Part shown: in pieces, positions 53,419-63,471 of the stretch
Position numbering within the stretch: the stretch's first letter is position 1
Layout of the letters: each line of letters starts with the position of its first letter
DNA from: Trueperaceae bacterium
Lineage (GTDB): Bacteria > Deinococcota > Deinococci > Deinococcales > Trueperaceae
Direction: 5' to 3'
NCBI GenBank assembly: GCA_965213925.1
Contig: OZ243927.1
Location: forward strand, 224,001 to 288,000
Length of the DNA: 64,000 bases
Notes under the pieces: generated by a model
Told to the model about the DNA's origin: nothing
Databases searched by the model: none
The model's input: only the letters and a program-made list of their open reading frames with translations
Program-made: the position numbers and the translations under genes

Positions 53419-53447
53419 CGTAAAGCGATTCATGAATCGCTTTACGC
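53418..53447. repeat. 30-bp perfect palindrome (REP-like or terminator)
   Basis: gcgtaaagcgattca|tgaatcgctttacgc directly after potC. Confidence 0.6.
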
Positions 53448-53602
53448 AGCAGTTCTGCATGTGAATCAACATAAGAGGGCGCTGACGCAGGAGCAAGTTT
53501 GATACCCAATCTTCGCTGCATCAGGTCTGCTCGCTATTCACCACGAAATTGACCCTAGGCCTTCAGCGTGAAAAAAGATACGTTTTCCCTTAAACTGTCT
53601 CC

Positions 53603-54805
53603 ATGCGTAAATGGTGGCAACCTCCAACCCTGAGTAGAACAGACAGCGAGCGGCGGGCGGGCTGGCTCGAGCTGTTCTACGACCTCGTCTATATCGCAGC
53701 CGTCATCGAGTTGGGCTCGTATTTTCATGGCGAACTCACCCCACTCGGCACGCTGCGCTACGTTTTCCTCTTTCTCATCGTCTGGTGGTCGTGGTCGGGG
53801 ACAACGTACTTCGAGAACCGCTTTATCGCCGACGACGCCCTGCACCGCATCCTCATCTTTTTACAGATTTTCTTCGTCGGCAGTTTGGCGTCGAATATCC
53901 CACGCGCGTTCGGCGAGGGCGCGGCGATTTTTGCCTTTTCCTACGCGGCGCTCCGCATCATTCTCATCCTCATGTACGCGCGGGCGTACCGCGCCGTGCC
54001 GGACAGCCGGACGCTCATCCGCAACTACACCGCTGGCTTCTCGCTCGGGATTTTATGCTTCATCGTCTCGATGTTTGTGCCCGCGCCCTGGAACTACGCG
54101 CTTTGGGGTTTGGGCATCGGCGCGGAGGTTGTGGTGCACATGCTCTTCGGAACGCAGCGGCTCGAGCGCCACTTCCCCTTCAACCTCGCCCACCTGAGCG
54201 AACGCTACGCGCTCTTCATCATCATCGTCTTGGGCGACTCGTTCATTAAAGCCATCGGGCGCACCGCCGAAGAGGGCATCAGTCCCAACACGTATATTTT
54301 CGGCGCACTAGGCGTACTAATGACAGTGAGCTTGTGGTGGACGTACTTTGACGACGTGGCAGAAGCCGCCCTCCGTCAAGGTTACGCCTCGCTGACCTCT
54401 TGGGTCTACGCGCACTTCCCGCTCTCAGTCGCCATCGTCGGCTTCGGTGTGGCGGTGGAGGACGTGACGCAGCTCCAAGTCGGCGTACCGATGGAGCTAC
54501 CCCTCTTCTGGCTCCTCTACCTCTCGGTGGGCGGCTACCTCTTGGCGACCTCTTGGGTGGACGTCCTGACCGAGACGAGTACGCCGCAGCTCGGCTTGGA
54601 GCGCGTTTACATGCGCGTCTTTTCCGGTCTCGCGCTGGTCACCTTTGCGGTTCTCTACGCTTATTTAGGTTGGGAACTCTCCGCGCTCTGGACGGTTGGG
54701 CTGGTATCAGGTGTCTGCGCCGCGCAGATTATCTATGACCTCTCGCATAGCCGTGAAAAGAGCGAGGTGCACGCCGAGGTGCACGAGGCGCGAACAGGAG
54801 ATTGA
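53603..54805 (+). CDS. Low temperature requirement protein A (LtrA family)
   Basis: WLELFYDLV, HLSERYALF.IIVLG and LWWTYFD. Confidence 0.85.
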   Translation: MRKWWQPPTLSRTDSERRAGWLELFYDLVYIAAVIELGSYFHGELTPLGTLRYVFLFLIVWWSWSGTTYFENRFIADDALHRILIFLQIFFVGSLASNIPRAFGEGAAIFAFSYAALRIILILMYARAYRAVPDSRTLIRNYTAGFSLGILCFIVSMFVPAPWNYALWGLGIGAEVVVHMLFGTQRLERHFPFNLAHLSERYALFIIIVLGDSFIKAIGRTAEEGISPNTYIFGALGVLMTVSLWWTYFDDVAEAALRQGYASLTSWVYAHFPLSVAIVGFGVAVEDVTQLQVGVPMELPLFWLLYLSVGGYLLATSWVDVLTETSTPQLGLERVYMRVFSGLALVTFAVLYAYLGWELSALWTVGLVSGVCAAQIIYDLSHSREKSEVHAEVHEARTGD

Positions 54806-54818
54806 CCTTACACAAAGA

Positions 54819-54848
54819 GAAAGGCGCGGCAAGGACCGCGCCTTTTTT
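54819..54848. terminator. Intrinsic terminator
   Basis: aaaggcgcgg-caagga-ccgcgcctttttt. Confidence 0.75.
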
Positions 54849-54867
54849 CGGTAAAGAGGTCAGCGCT

Positions 54868-55359
54868 TTACGCCCGCGCCTCCTGATTGATGGAGGTTTC
54901 CGCAAGCTGCGAGAGTTTGTTGTCCGTTGACTCCTCTTGCTGTTCGATTTCTTCCAAGATGCTCTGCACCTCGTCTAGGTTGAGTTGGCGTGCGTACGTC
55001 ACCGAGGAACCGTAGCCCGCCATGCCGTAGTGCTGCATCCGCTGGACGGCGGCGACGATGGTGGCGTCTAAGGCTGCGCCTTGCTCGTGCTCGCTGACGT
55101 GCTCCTTGCCCTCTTTGATGAGCCCTTCCATGCCGTGGCAGAACTCACCCTCCAAGGAAAAGTCCATAATTTGGCTTATACGCTCCAACTTCTCTAACTG
55201 CTGCTTCGTCTCCTCCACGTGCTGATTCAAAGCGTCTTGAAGCTGCGGCGACTCGCTCGCGTTGGCAAGCTCGGGTAGCGCGTTCACTGCCTGGTTGCCT
55301 GCGCTATAAAGGTCCTTGAGTTGATGTTTGAGTACGTCTTCTAAGGTTTGTAGTGCCAT
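54868..55359 (-). CDS. DUF892/YciF ferritin-like protein
   Basis: LKDLYSA, H.EET..Q, C.GMEGLIKEG and LD..I.AA.Q...HY.MAGYG. Confidence 0.85.
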   Translation of the reverse strand: MALQTLEDVLKHQLKDLYSAGNQAVNALPELANASESPQLQDALNQHVEETKQQLEKLERISQIMDFSLEGEFCHGMEGLIKEGKEHVSEHEQGAALDATIVAAVQRMQHYGMAGYGSSVTYARQLNLDEVQSILEEIEQQEESTDNKLSQLAETSINQEARA

Positions 55360-55434
55360 GTTTTGCCCCTTTCGTTGATCCTTTTGAAGCATAAAACAGA
55401 GGCGCAAACAAGACCGTAGACTATGCCAAAATTC

Positions 55435-56325
55435 TTACGCTTTGCTCCAGAGAGGGGCGTTGTCTTGCATCTCGAGCCTCACCCTCCCGAGGTTCCTTAA
55501 ATGCGACAGATACGCCATTACCGTGCAGAGGTTGAGGTAGTAGCGCGGCAAGTCAGTCATCGTGATGTGAAGTTCTTTACATGTGCGTTTGAGGACGGTG
55601 GCGGTACCTACGCCCGTACAGACCTCTTCAATAACATCCGCCGCCCTTTGAAACGTTTCTACATTCTTCTGAACGAGTTCGTCGACCTCTTCGGTGGGTT
55701 CGCCATGACCGGGCAGGATAACCCGAGCACCTAACGTCGCCATCTTTTCGGCGCTCGCAATCTGCCTCACGATGTCTTGACCAAAAGGGAGCGGATATTT
55801 CTCTAACGCCTTTTCGCCGAACACCGCGTCCGCCGCGAAGAGCACGTCATCTACCTTGACGGCGTAATGTGTATGCGCGTGACCGGAGGATTCGATAACG
55901 TCTAAGGTGAGCCCGGCAAGCTCTAATCTCCCCGGTTCCAAGAGGTGATTGACGGGTGAAGGCTTCGCCAACAACCACTTCGAGGTGAGTTCTCTAGGTG
56001 GTTTCGCCCCGCCAAAGAGGTAGACGGGCTCTAAGTAGGGGCTCTGCATGATGCTCGCCTCGAAAGGTGGGGCGTAAACGGGCAAATTCAGATTTCTGAC
56101 GAGATAGTCGTTACCGCCGTAGTGGTCGGCGTGCGAGTGCGTGTTGACGATGGCGATAGGCGTAATATTCAGCGAATCACACGCCTTGCGGATGCGCCGC
56201 CCGGCGTCCTTATCGCCGCCTGTATCTACAAGAACGGCTCTCTTATCCTCCCCGACGAGAATCGCGGAGTTGACACCACCGGGGAGGTAGAAGACGCTCT
56301 CGCTGAGTTGGATGGGGTTGGACAT
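55435..56325 (-). CDS. MBL-fold metallo-hydrolase
   Basis: VDTG, THSHADHYGG, GH, AD and PGHG. Confidence 0.88.
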   Translation of the reverse strand: MSNPIQLSESVFYLPGGVNSAILVGEDKRAVLVDTGGDKDAGRRIRKACDSLNITPIAIVNTHSHADHYGGNDYLVRNLNLPVYAPPFEASIMQSPYLEPVYLFGGAKPPRELTSKWLLAKPSPVNHLLEPGRLELAGLTLDVIESSGHAHTHYAVKVDDVLFAADAVFGEKALEKYPLPFGQDIVRQIASAEKMATLGARVILPGHGEPTEEVDELVQKNVETFQRAADVIEEVCTGVGTATVLKRTCKELHITMTDLPRYYLNLCTVMAYLSHLRNLGRVRLEMQDNAPLWSKA

Positions 56326-56513
56326 GCTCTCAATATACAAGCAGGGCGGCTAGCGGCTAGCGGGAACGCGCCACGCGTGACAGCGCGCGCTTTTCCGCGC
56401 GACTTCACGCCGTTATCGGCACGCTGGCTCTATGACCAGATATAGTCGCGTGGTCCCGCTAGACCTGCTGAAGGCTTCCTAAAGAACAGACTTCATTGCT
56501 TCTAAGTTGATCA

Positions 56514-56663
56514 GCTCCGGCTTGTGCCGGGCGTGCCCACACTAAAGCAGGCGGGCTCTTACAAAATTCTGACACCTTTCTTCGTTCAGGGTACCTAATG
56601 AACTGAGAAAGACCGTACGTCGAGAGCTGACTTTGTAGGCATATCCGTATGAACTTCCGGAGT
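56514..56663 (-). ncRNA. Candidate 6S RNA
   Basis: ~150-nt irregular rod (CUCCGG/CCGGAG closing stem, apical CUUUCU..GUUCA/UGAAC..AGAAAG); GUUC near the 5' end and CCCGCCUGC..GUGGG..CGGCAC near the 3' end resemble Bacillus-type 6S. Confidence 0.5.
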
Positions 56664-56701
56664 CCCCTCAAGGCACCAGGGTTGACGTGATAGCCTAATT
56701 T

Positions 56702-58246
56702 GTGCCGCAAACCTTTCCCTTCAAAACCTACCGCCGGGGTCAGCGCGAGGCGATTGCGCAGGCTAAGGACGCTTTCGGGCGCGGCAAACGCTTTGTCGTG
56801 ATCGAAGCGCCGACGGGCTCGGGTAAGTCCGCCATTGCCGTAACGCTCGCCCGTGAAGCGCAAAGCGCCTACGTTCTCACCGCGCAAAAACTTTTGCAAG
56901 AGCAGTACGTCCGCGACTTTCCCGATATGGCGCTCATGAAAGGGCGCAGCAACTACCCGTGTTTGGTCGCCCCGACCCACGCCGCCGCTGCGCCGTGCAT
57001 CGCTGGGCGCAAATTTCCCGAGTGCGACGACTGCCCCTACTTCGCGGCGAAAGACGTGGCGATTGCCGCGGATAACGCCATCATGAACTATGCGTATTAC
57101 CTAGCAGAACTCAACTACTCCGGCGGCTTCGGACCTCGCGATCTGCTCGTTTTAGACGAGGCTCATAACGCCGAAGCTGCCCTGATGGGCTTTATTCAGG
57201 TGACGCTCTCGGACGTGGCTTTGCGGCGCGTCGGCATCGCCGAAACGATCCCGAGCGCCTTTGACGACTTGGAGTTTTTCGACTTCGCCGAAGACGTGAT
57301 GCCCCTCTTAAAAGGTCGGAGCAAAACCCTGGACTCAGAACTCAAAAAGAATCAGCTACCCGCGGACGTTGCTTTAGAGCAGATGCAGCATAAGCAGTGG
57401 CTGGACAATCAGTTGGGGCGGCTGCGGCTCCTGACGGACTCGCGCGCCGACAACGATGTGGAGTGGGTCGTCGAACAGAAACGCGGCAGCGAAGGGCAGA
57501 GCGTCACCTTTAAGCCCGTGAAAGTCTCCGCGTTTGCCGAGCCCCTGCTCTTCGGCTTCGGCGAGCGCATCTTGATGCTCTCCGCCACCATCCTCGACCC
57601 GCCTACCTACTTGCGCAGCTTAGGTATCGCCCCGGAAGAGGCAGAAGTGATCGCGGTCAAGTCCGACTTTCCTCCCCAGAACCGCCCGATCTACCCTAAA
57701 CCCGTCGCCAAGCTGACGCGGCATCATTTGGAGCGCGACCTGCCCAAGCTCGTCGCTGAGATCGCCGACCTCCTAGAGTCTCATCCTTACGATAAGGGCG
57801 TCATCCACGCGCACACCTACAAGATTGCCGCCACCATCGCCCGCAGCCTGCCCAAACGCCACCAGAAACGCCTCGTCACCCACTACGGCGCGGACGGGCG
57901 CGACGCGGCGTTAGAGCAGCACCTGCGCAGCCGCGAGCCCACCGTCCTCCTGACGCCTAGCATGACCGAAGGCATCGACCTAGCGGGCGACCTCTCTCGC
58001 TGGCAAGTCATCTGCAAGCTGCCCTATCCGTACCTGGGCGACCCGCAGATCGCGCGGCGCAAGGCGCTGGACGCGGCTTGGTACGAGTGGCGCACCTGCT
58101 TGACCGTCGTGCAAGCCTACGGGCGGAGCGTGCGGAGCGCCGACGACTTTGCGGTGACGTACGTTTTAGACGCTGACTTCCCTAGTTTTGTAAAGCGGCA
58201 GAGGAAGAGGTTGCCGGGGTGGTTTTTGGAGGCGGTGCAAGATTAG
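56702..58246 (+). CDS. DinG/XPD-like SF2 helicase
   Basis: EAPTGSGKS, KGRSNYPC, C..CPY (Fe-S), LDEAHN, MLSATI, EGID, KLPYP and QAYGRSVR. Confidence 0.88.
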   Translation: MPQTFPFKTYRRGQREAIAQAKDAFGRGKRFVVIEAPTGSGKSAIAVTLAREAQSAYVLTAQKLLQEQYVRDFPDMALMKGRSNYPCLVAPTHAAAAPCIAGRKFPECDDCPYFAAKDVAIAADNAIMNYAYYLAELNYSGGFGPRDLLVLDEAHNAEAALMGFIQVTLSDVALRRVGIAETIPSAFDDLEFFDFAEDVMPLLKGRSKTLDSELKKNQLPADVALEQMQHKQWLDNQLGRLRLLTDSRADNDVEWVVEQKRGSEGQSVTFKPVKVSAFAEPLLFGFGERILMLSATILDPPTYLRSLGIAPEEAEVIAVKSDFPPQNRPIYPKPVAKLTRHHLERDLPKLVAEIADLLESHPYDKGVIHAHTYKIAATIARSLPKRHQKRLVTHYGADGRDAALEQHLRSREPTVLLTPSMTEGIDLAGDLSRWQVICKLPYPYLGDPQIARRKALDAAWYEWRTCLTVVQAYGRSVRSADDFAVTYVLDADFPSFVKRQRKRLPGWFLEAVQD

Positions 58247-58269
58247 AGGGCGTCCGCTCGAGACATCTC

Positions 58270-58600
58270 TAATACGAATTCCGATTGATTGCTGCATAAA
58301 CTCCGTTATGAAATTTTGCTTTCAGCAAACGCTTCGTGCTTCGCTATCGTCGGAGTTTCTTCCGTCTCCTTCGGAGGTACTTCGTGAAGCTCATCGGAGT
58401 CCGTATCTTTTTCTACTCACTGAAGAGTCTTCAACCGGAGGTAGCGTTATGGGCAGGCCGCCCTGCCGTTGCATCTTCAGATAAACGCTACGGGTGTTGA
58501 CAACGGCATGATACGCCCGGTTGAAGACTCTTTACTCGGGGTAATTCCCATAGGAATTACCCGGAAACGGTATCATTCCTGTAGGAATGACCCCGAACCC
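58270..58600. repeat. Composite ATACG(G/A)ATTCCG-type element with nested inverted-repeat insert
   Basis: atacgaattccgat...atcggagtccgtat; nested aagagtcttcaaccgg/ccggttgaagactctt; ggggtaattcc..ggaattacccggaaacggtat. Confidence 0.7.
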
Positions 58601-58670
58601 GTACAAGAGGGTTGTAAAGGGGATTGTCAAGGTAGCTGAGCGATGAAACTGCTTTCCTGGTCGTCGTCTC

Positions 58671-61600
58671 TCAAACACGTCGGCTTGTGTCCTTTACGTC
58701 TTCACTTAGCGCGTAAGCGACAGCCCCTTCTAGCCCAAGCTGCAGACCTTCTTTCCAGATCGCAGGGAAGGCGTCACCGAGTTTGTGGCGCGCGTGCTCG
58801 ATGGTGCGTTGAACGTCGTCTTTTCGGTAGGGCTCGAGCGGCGCACCGACAGATTCACGGATGGTGCGAGCGGCGGCAAAGAGCCTAACACTGCGCGTAA
58901 ACATCGTTTCTAAAGCCAACAGGGTCGCGTATTCTTCTAGCGTCTCTGCAATTCCGCGTCTATCTTGTATGTCGAGAGATAGCGCTAAGCATTCGTGGAA
59001 GAACGTCCGGGCTTTAGCATAGTCACCTTCCTTCGTTGCGCTAAAGCCCAGGTTGTGAAGTGAATCAGCCATCCCACCCTTGTCTCCGATTTCTCGGTGG
59101 AGCGACAAGCATCGGGTGAATGTTTCTAAGGCGTGAGTGTAGCGACCCTGATGCGCGGCAATCAACCCCAGGTTGTGAAGTGAGCCGGTGATCCCAGCTC
59201 TGTCCCCGACTTCACGCCGCAACGTCAAACTCTCTTCATAAAATGTACGCGCTTCTCCGTCGTCGCCCTGATAAAGCGCAGTATTGCCCAGACTGTTGAG
59301 TAGGGCTGCGACCCCGCGCTTATCGCCGATATCTCGTCGCAGCGTCAAACTTTCGTGAAAAAACGTTTGGGCTTCAAAGTAATCGCCTTGGGCGGCGGAG
59401 ACGTCACCGAGATAAGAGAGCGCACTCGCGACCCCGCGCCTATCGCCCATCTTGCGTAGCAGTGACAAGCATTCTCCCAGCAACGTTCGCGCTCTGGGAT
59501 AGTCCCCACGGGCGTACGCAAGGTTGCTCAAGCTGAGGAGCGGATACGCCATCGCGGCCTCGTCACCCACCTCTCGCTTCAAAGCGACACTCTCGGTAAA
59601 GAAGCGATGCGCCTCGGAATGACGCGCCTGTTCATGCGCGATAAGACCCAGATTGTTGAGTGAGTCAGCCATCCCACTTTTATCACCGACGGCTCGCCTG
59701 AGTGCCAAACTCTCGTTGTGGAACTCCAGTGCTTTGGGATATTCACCCTGGTTGTAGGCAACCAGACCCATATTGTTGAGTGAAAGCGCCATCCCCGTCT
59801 TGTCACCCAATTTTCTGTGGAGCACGAGGCTTTCTTCAAGGTCGACCTGGGCTTCAGAGACGTCACCTTGAAGGTCTGCTAGACGACCCTTTCTGCTCAG
59901 GATTTTCGCTCTCAGATGGAGATGTCCAGCATGAGGATGGCTGAGTAGTTTTTCGTACCAAGCTCGCCCCAACTGATAATGACTCCGAATCTCCCAGAAT
60001 ACGCCCAACGATGCGGCTAACTTTAAGCCTAATTCGGCGTCGTGCTCGAGCGACCACGCGAGCGCGTTCTGAAGGTTCGCGTGTTCCTCTTCCAGGCGTG
60101 CCAACCACGACGCTTGCTCGCCACGTTCTACGTAGGGCTCAGCTTCTTCCGCAAGCTCGAGATAATAGTTGGCGTAACGTACCCTCGTGCCCGCGTAGTC
60201 TTCCCGCAAAGCTATAAATTTCTCGTGGGTGAACTGATGGAGTAGGTCGTGCCGGTCATAGCGTCCATTAGGACGTACACGCAAGAGCGATTTGTCCGCT
60301 AAAGAAGCCAAGATAGGTAGGGTTGCTCCTGCCACACTCTGCGCAGCCTCACGCCTAAAGCCGCCGCGAAAGACGGCCAACTTAGCGAGCGCCCTTCTCT
60401 CCCTATCTGAAAGCAGCCGCCACGAATGTTCGAACGTCGCCCGTAGACTTTGGTGCCGTCCAGTCGCGTTCCGAGCCGACGACGCTAAGAAGTCGAGGTT
60501 TCGCGCCACCTCCGAGCGGATGTCGGCAAGCGGCATAAGGCGCACCCACGCTGCAGCGAGTTCAATCCCTAGCGGCGACCCTTCTAGCAGCTTGCAGAGT
60601 TTAAGCGCCTCGGGTAGCTCGGGCTCTAGGTGGAAATCCAGCCGCGCTTTCTTGGCGCGTTGCGCCAGAAGCTGCACGGCGTCGCTGGCTAGAGCGTCTT
60701 CATCGCCCGCGCTCTCATCCGGTGAGGATAACCCCTCGAGTGTGAGGACATGCTCCTCGGTGAGGTTGAGGCGCTCGCGGGAGGTGACCAAAATTTTCGC
60801 GTCGGAACAAGCGCGGCAGAGTTCTGAGACGAGCGTCGCCCCCTCCAAGAGCTGCTCGAAATTGTCGAGGACTAACAAGACGCGCTTGTCACCGAGATAC
60901 GACCCAATCTGCTCCAAGGCGTCACGCTTCCCCTCGAGCGTTAGCTCGAGCGTCGCAGCGATGCTTACAGGTATCTGTTCTGAAGAGGTCAGCGTGTCTA
61001 GCGGGACGAAGAACACCCCCTCTCGAAAGGAACCGACCTGCATCTGGTCCCAGGCGATTTGAATCGCCAAGCGAGATTTTCCCACCCCACCGGGACCGTG
61101 AAGGGTAAGGATGCGGCAGTGCGGCTCGCGCAGCAGCTTAGCGACCTCGCCGCGCTCATGGTCGCGCCCTACGAACGAACTAGCCTGGGCAGGGAGCGTA
61201 TAGACGGGCGAGGTTTCCCGGGGTCGCTGAACCGGACCCGCCCGCGTTTCAGGCGCTTCGACCTGAATCCCGTACCCTTCCGCCTCCGCTTTGACCGCAG
61301 CAGCTTTCGGACTTTTACCGCGCTTGAGCAATGCGTAGATGCGCGGATAGTCCTCGAGCGCCAACTCCGGCGCACCCGCTAAACTTAGTGCTCGTTCAGC
61401 CTGCCGCGCTGCGCAGGGCGCGTCTCCTTGGGCTAGCCGACGCTCACTCAGCGCGAGGTGAGCCTCTCTCACCCGCGCCGCTAAGTATTCGCGAACCGTG
61501 AAAACCCATCCCTCTAGTTCTTCACCCAAAATCAGGTCGAGACCCTCTAAGAACGGTCCTCGGTAGCGCAGCAAGACAGCTTCTGGCGGCTCGCTCTCGA

Positions 61601-61868
61601 GAACGCGCAACAGTTCATTCGTGTCACAAGCGACGCGGGCGGCAATTTTATCTCCGCTGACAATCACGACATTTTCCAGCCGCCTAAGTCGCCTGAGGGT
61701 TGTAGACAGGGCGTCTCGCGGGTCCTGCGCGTCTGCGAAAAAAAGCTCTGCTAATACCCGCCTGGACTGCGCACCTTCGACGGCGAGGTAGCAAAGCAGC
61801 AGGAGAGGTTTGGACCGGGCAAAATCGCTCCCTTCCAAGTGTAGTCCTCCCAACGTTACGAGCCGCAC
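58671..61868 (-). CDS. AfsR-like regulator: BTAD-like N-terminus, STAND/NB-ARC-like ATPase and TPR repeats
   Basis: SFVGR..E, GPGGVGKSRLA, LLVLDNFE, G.PLGIELAA; ~40-aa repeats GDK.G.A.SL.NLG; start estimated. Confidence 0.85.
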   Translation of the reverse strand: MRLVTLGGLHLEGSDFARSKPLLLLCYLAVEGAQSRRVLAELFFADAQDPRDALSTTLRRLRRLENVVIVSGDKIAARVACDTNELLRVLESEPPEAVLLRYRGPFLEGLDLILGEELEGWVFTVREYLAARVREAHLALSERRLAQGDAPCAARQAERALSLAGAPELALEDYPRIYALLKRGKSPKAAAVKAEAEGYGIQVEAPETRAGPVQRPRETSPVYTLPAQASSFVGRDHERGEVAKLLREPHCRILTLHGPGGVGKSRLAIQIAWDQMQVGSFREGVFFVPLDTLTSSEQIPVSIAATLELTLEGKRDALEQIGSYLGDKRVLLVLDNFEQLLEGATLVSELCRACSDAKILVTSRERLNLTEEHVLTLEGLSSPDESAGDEDALASDAVQLLAQRAKKARLDFHLEPELPEALKLCKLLEGSPLGIELAAAWVRLMPLADIRSEVARNLDFLASSARNATGRHQSLRATFEHSWRLLSDRERRALAKLAVFRGGFRREAAQSVAGATLPILASLADKSLLRVRPNGRYDRHDLLHQFTHEKFIALREDYAGTRVRYANYYLELAEEAEPYVERGEQASWLARLEEEHANLQNALAWSLEHDAELGLKLAASLGVFWEIRSHYQLGRAWYEKLLSHPHAGHLHLRAKILSRKGRLADLQGDVSEAQVDLEESLVLHRKLGDKTGMALSLNNMGLVAYNQGEYPKALEFHNESLALRRAVGDKSGMADSLNNLGLIAHEQARHSEAHRFFTESVALKREVGDEAAMAYPLLSLSNLAYARGDYPRARTLLGECLSLLRKMGDRRGVASALSYLGDVSAAQGDYFEAQTFFHESLTLRRDIGDKRGVAALLNSLGNTALYQGDDGEARTFYEESLTLRREVGDRAGITGSLHNLGLIAAHQGRYTHALETFTRCLSLHREIGDKGGMADSLHNLGFSATKEGDYAKARTFFHECLALSLDIQDRRGIAETLEEYATLLALETMFTRSVRLFAAARTIRESVGAPLEPYRKDDVQRTIEHARHKLGDAFPAIWKEGLQLGLEGAVAYALSEDVKDTSRRV

Positions 61869-62341
61869 CGCTCTATTGTAGAGCATCCCTACACATCTCT
61901 CATCCACCTTCGGTTTCGTCACGCAGTCTTAGACGTGTCTTGGACGGACGGCGGACGGATACGCTGTTGCATTCTAGGCGTAGCGTCGTAGTTCACCAAA
62001 GGATGGAGAGATACATCATGAGCGCGTAGCCCACGGACAGAGGCTCGAGGTTAGAGCGAATAACCGAATTCGTACAGGTTGGCAAAGTCAGATCAAGGAG
62101 CGCCGTTTTCGCTAACCGACTAGGCTCGGTCAGACACTGTTCAGGCTCGCTTTCCTATATTTGGAAGAGGTCAACCGCCCGCCCACGAAAAAGGACACAA
62201 CAGTCACTCGGTCTAAACCATTCCTTCTGTGAGGAGAAGGCAGTATGCAGTGACGTTTTGGCATTGTGTAGCGCGTGTTCGCAGCTGGCATGAACTTAAA
62301 AGATTGCTCTCACAAGAGCTTTATCCTGAAAGGAGCAGATC

Positions 62342-62806
62342 GTGAAACAGGTTTTCAAGTCCCTCATTGGTTTCACACTCGTACTTAGCGTGCTAGGTCT
62401 CTTCGCACAAGCACAGGAGCCTATCTTCACTCTTTCGAGCGACGTCGTTTGGGGTGAGTGTCCCCCCTCGCTACCTGCGGGCTGTCAGTTTGTAGTCATC
62501 GCAGGCGACCCGAGTGAAGGACCCTTTGTCTTCCGGCTCAAAGTTCCGAGCGGATGGGAGTCTCCGGCTCACACGCATCCGGTGACAGCTAACGTTACTG
62601 TCATTTCCGGAACGTTCAACATGGGATTAGGAGAGATTTTAGACCGCGCTCAAGCAACAGCTTTGTCAGCCGGGAACTATCACTTGCTGCCTGTAGGCAC
62701 ACCCCACTTCGCATGGGCAAGCGAGGAAACAGTGGTTCAAGTTCATAGTGACGGTGCTTGGGGTATCGCTTACGTTGATCCGGCTGAAGACCCGAGGAAT
62801 CAGTAA
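62342..62806 (+). CDS. Secreted cupin domain protein
   Basis: Signal peptide; GDP..GPFVFRLK.P, PAHTHP, VTVISG and PHFAW. Confidence 0.8.
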   Translation: MKQVFKSLIGFTLVLSVLGLFAQAQEPIFTLSSDVVWGECPPSLPAGCQFVVIAGDPSEGPFVFRLKVPSGWESPAHTHPVTANVTVISGTFNMGLGEILDRAQATALSAGNYHLLPVGTPHFAWASEETVVQVHSDGAWGIAYVDPAEDPRNQ

Positions 62807-62992
62807 TACGGATTCCGTTTAATTCCCTATCATCGAGAAAAGCGCTCGATGATAGTCCATACACTCCATCCGTATGATTGTTCCTTCTCGCATCCGCTCG
62901 CACGTTTCATTGCTACAGCAATGAAACGTGGAAATGCTACTTCATTGGGAAGGCTAGCCAAGCCTCTCAGTTTCACCAGAAAGGAACCGAAC

Positions 62993-63220
62993 GTGAACTT
63001 CGAACCCCCAGCAGAACAACAACGCTACCTCTGTCCAGACGAGCACGGGACGTGGTTTGTTCAGCAGGACGCGCTGACGCTCGAGTGGCTGTTGGGGCAG
63101 AACCCTCGCCACACCTCTTTCAGAATCGCCGCGCCCGTTCCCATCTGCGCCTTATGTGGCAGCACCTTAGTCGAGGTAGCCACGCTCGAGGCTTGGCTAG
63201 ACGGGAAGATGACGGCTTGA
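62993..63220 (+). CDS. Hypothetical small Cys-containing protein
   Basis: AAGGA RBS before GTG; CP..H and CALCG motifs. Confidence 0.35.
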   Translation: MNFEPPAEQQRYLCPDEHGTWFVQQDALTLEWLLGQNPRHTSFRIAAPVPICALCGSTLVEVATLEAWLDGKMTA

Positions 63221-63471
63221 GGACAGACCTTGACGATGACGCATCGCAGAACGGCGATGTGGCAACAGAATAACATCATTTTCAGGGTCGCAGACCTAGA
63301 CGATGTTTTCGCCGCGGTGAGGGCGGTGCTGGAAGCTGAAGACGGTACCTGACAGCCGTTTCGCGAAGTCGGGCAAAAAGGACGCTTACCTATCCAGACT
63401 GTGCCTTGCGAGACTATTTGTGCTATAACTGTAAGTCACAACTCAATCCACTCTGAAGGGAAGTGAGGCTC

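Noticed and set aside
56702..58246. DinG helicase as part of a type IV CRISPR or defence system
   Set aside because: Stand-alone gene among housekeeping neighbours with no partner genes
58990..59860. ~120-bp periodic DNA repeats
   Set aside because: Explained by the 40-aa TPR repeats of the encoded protein
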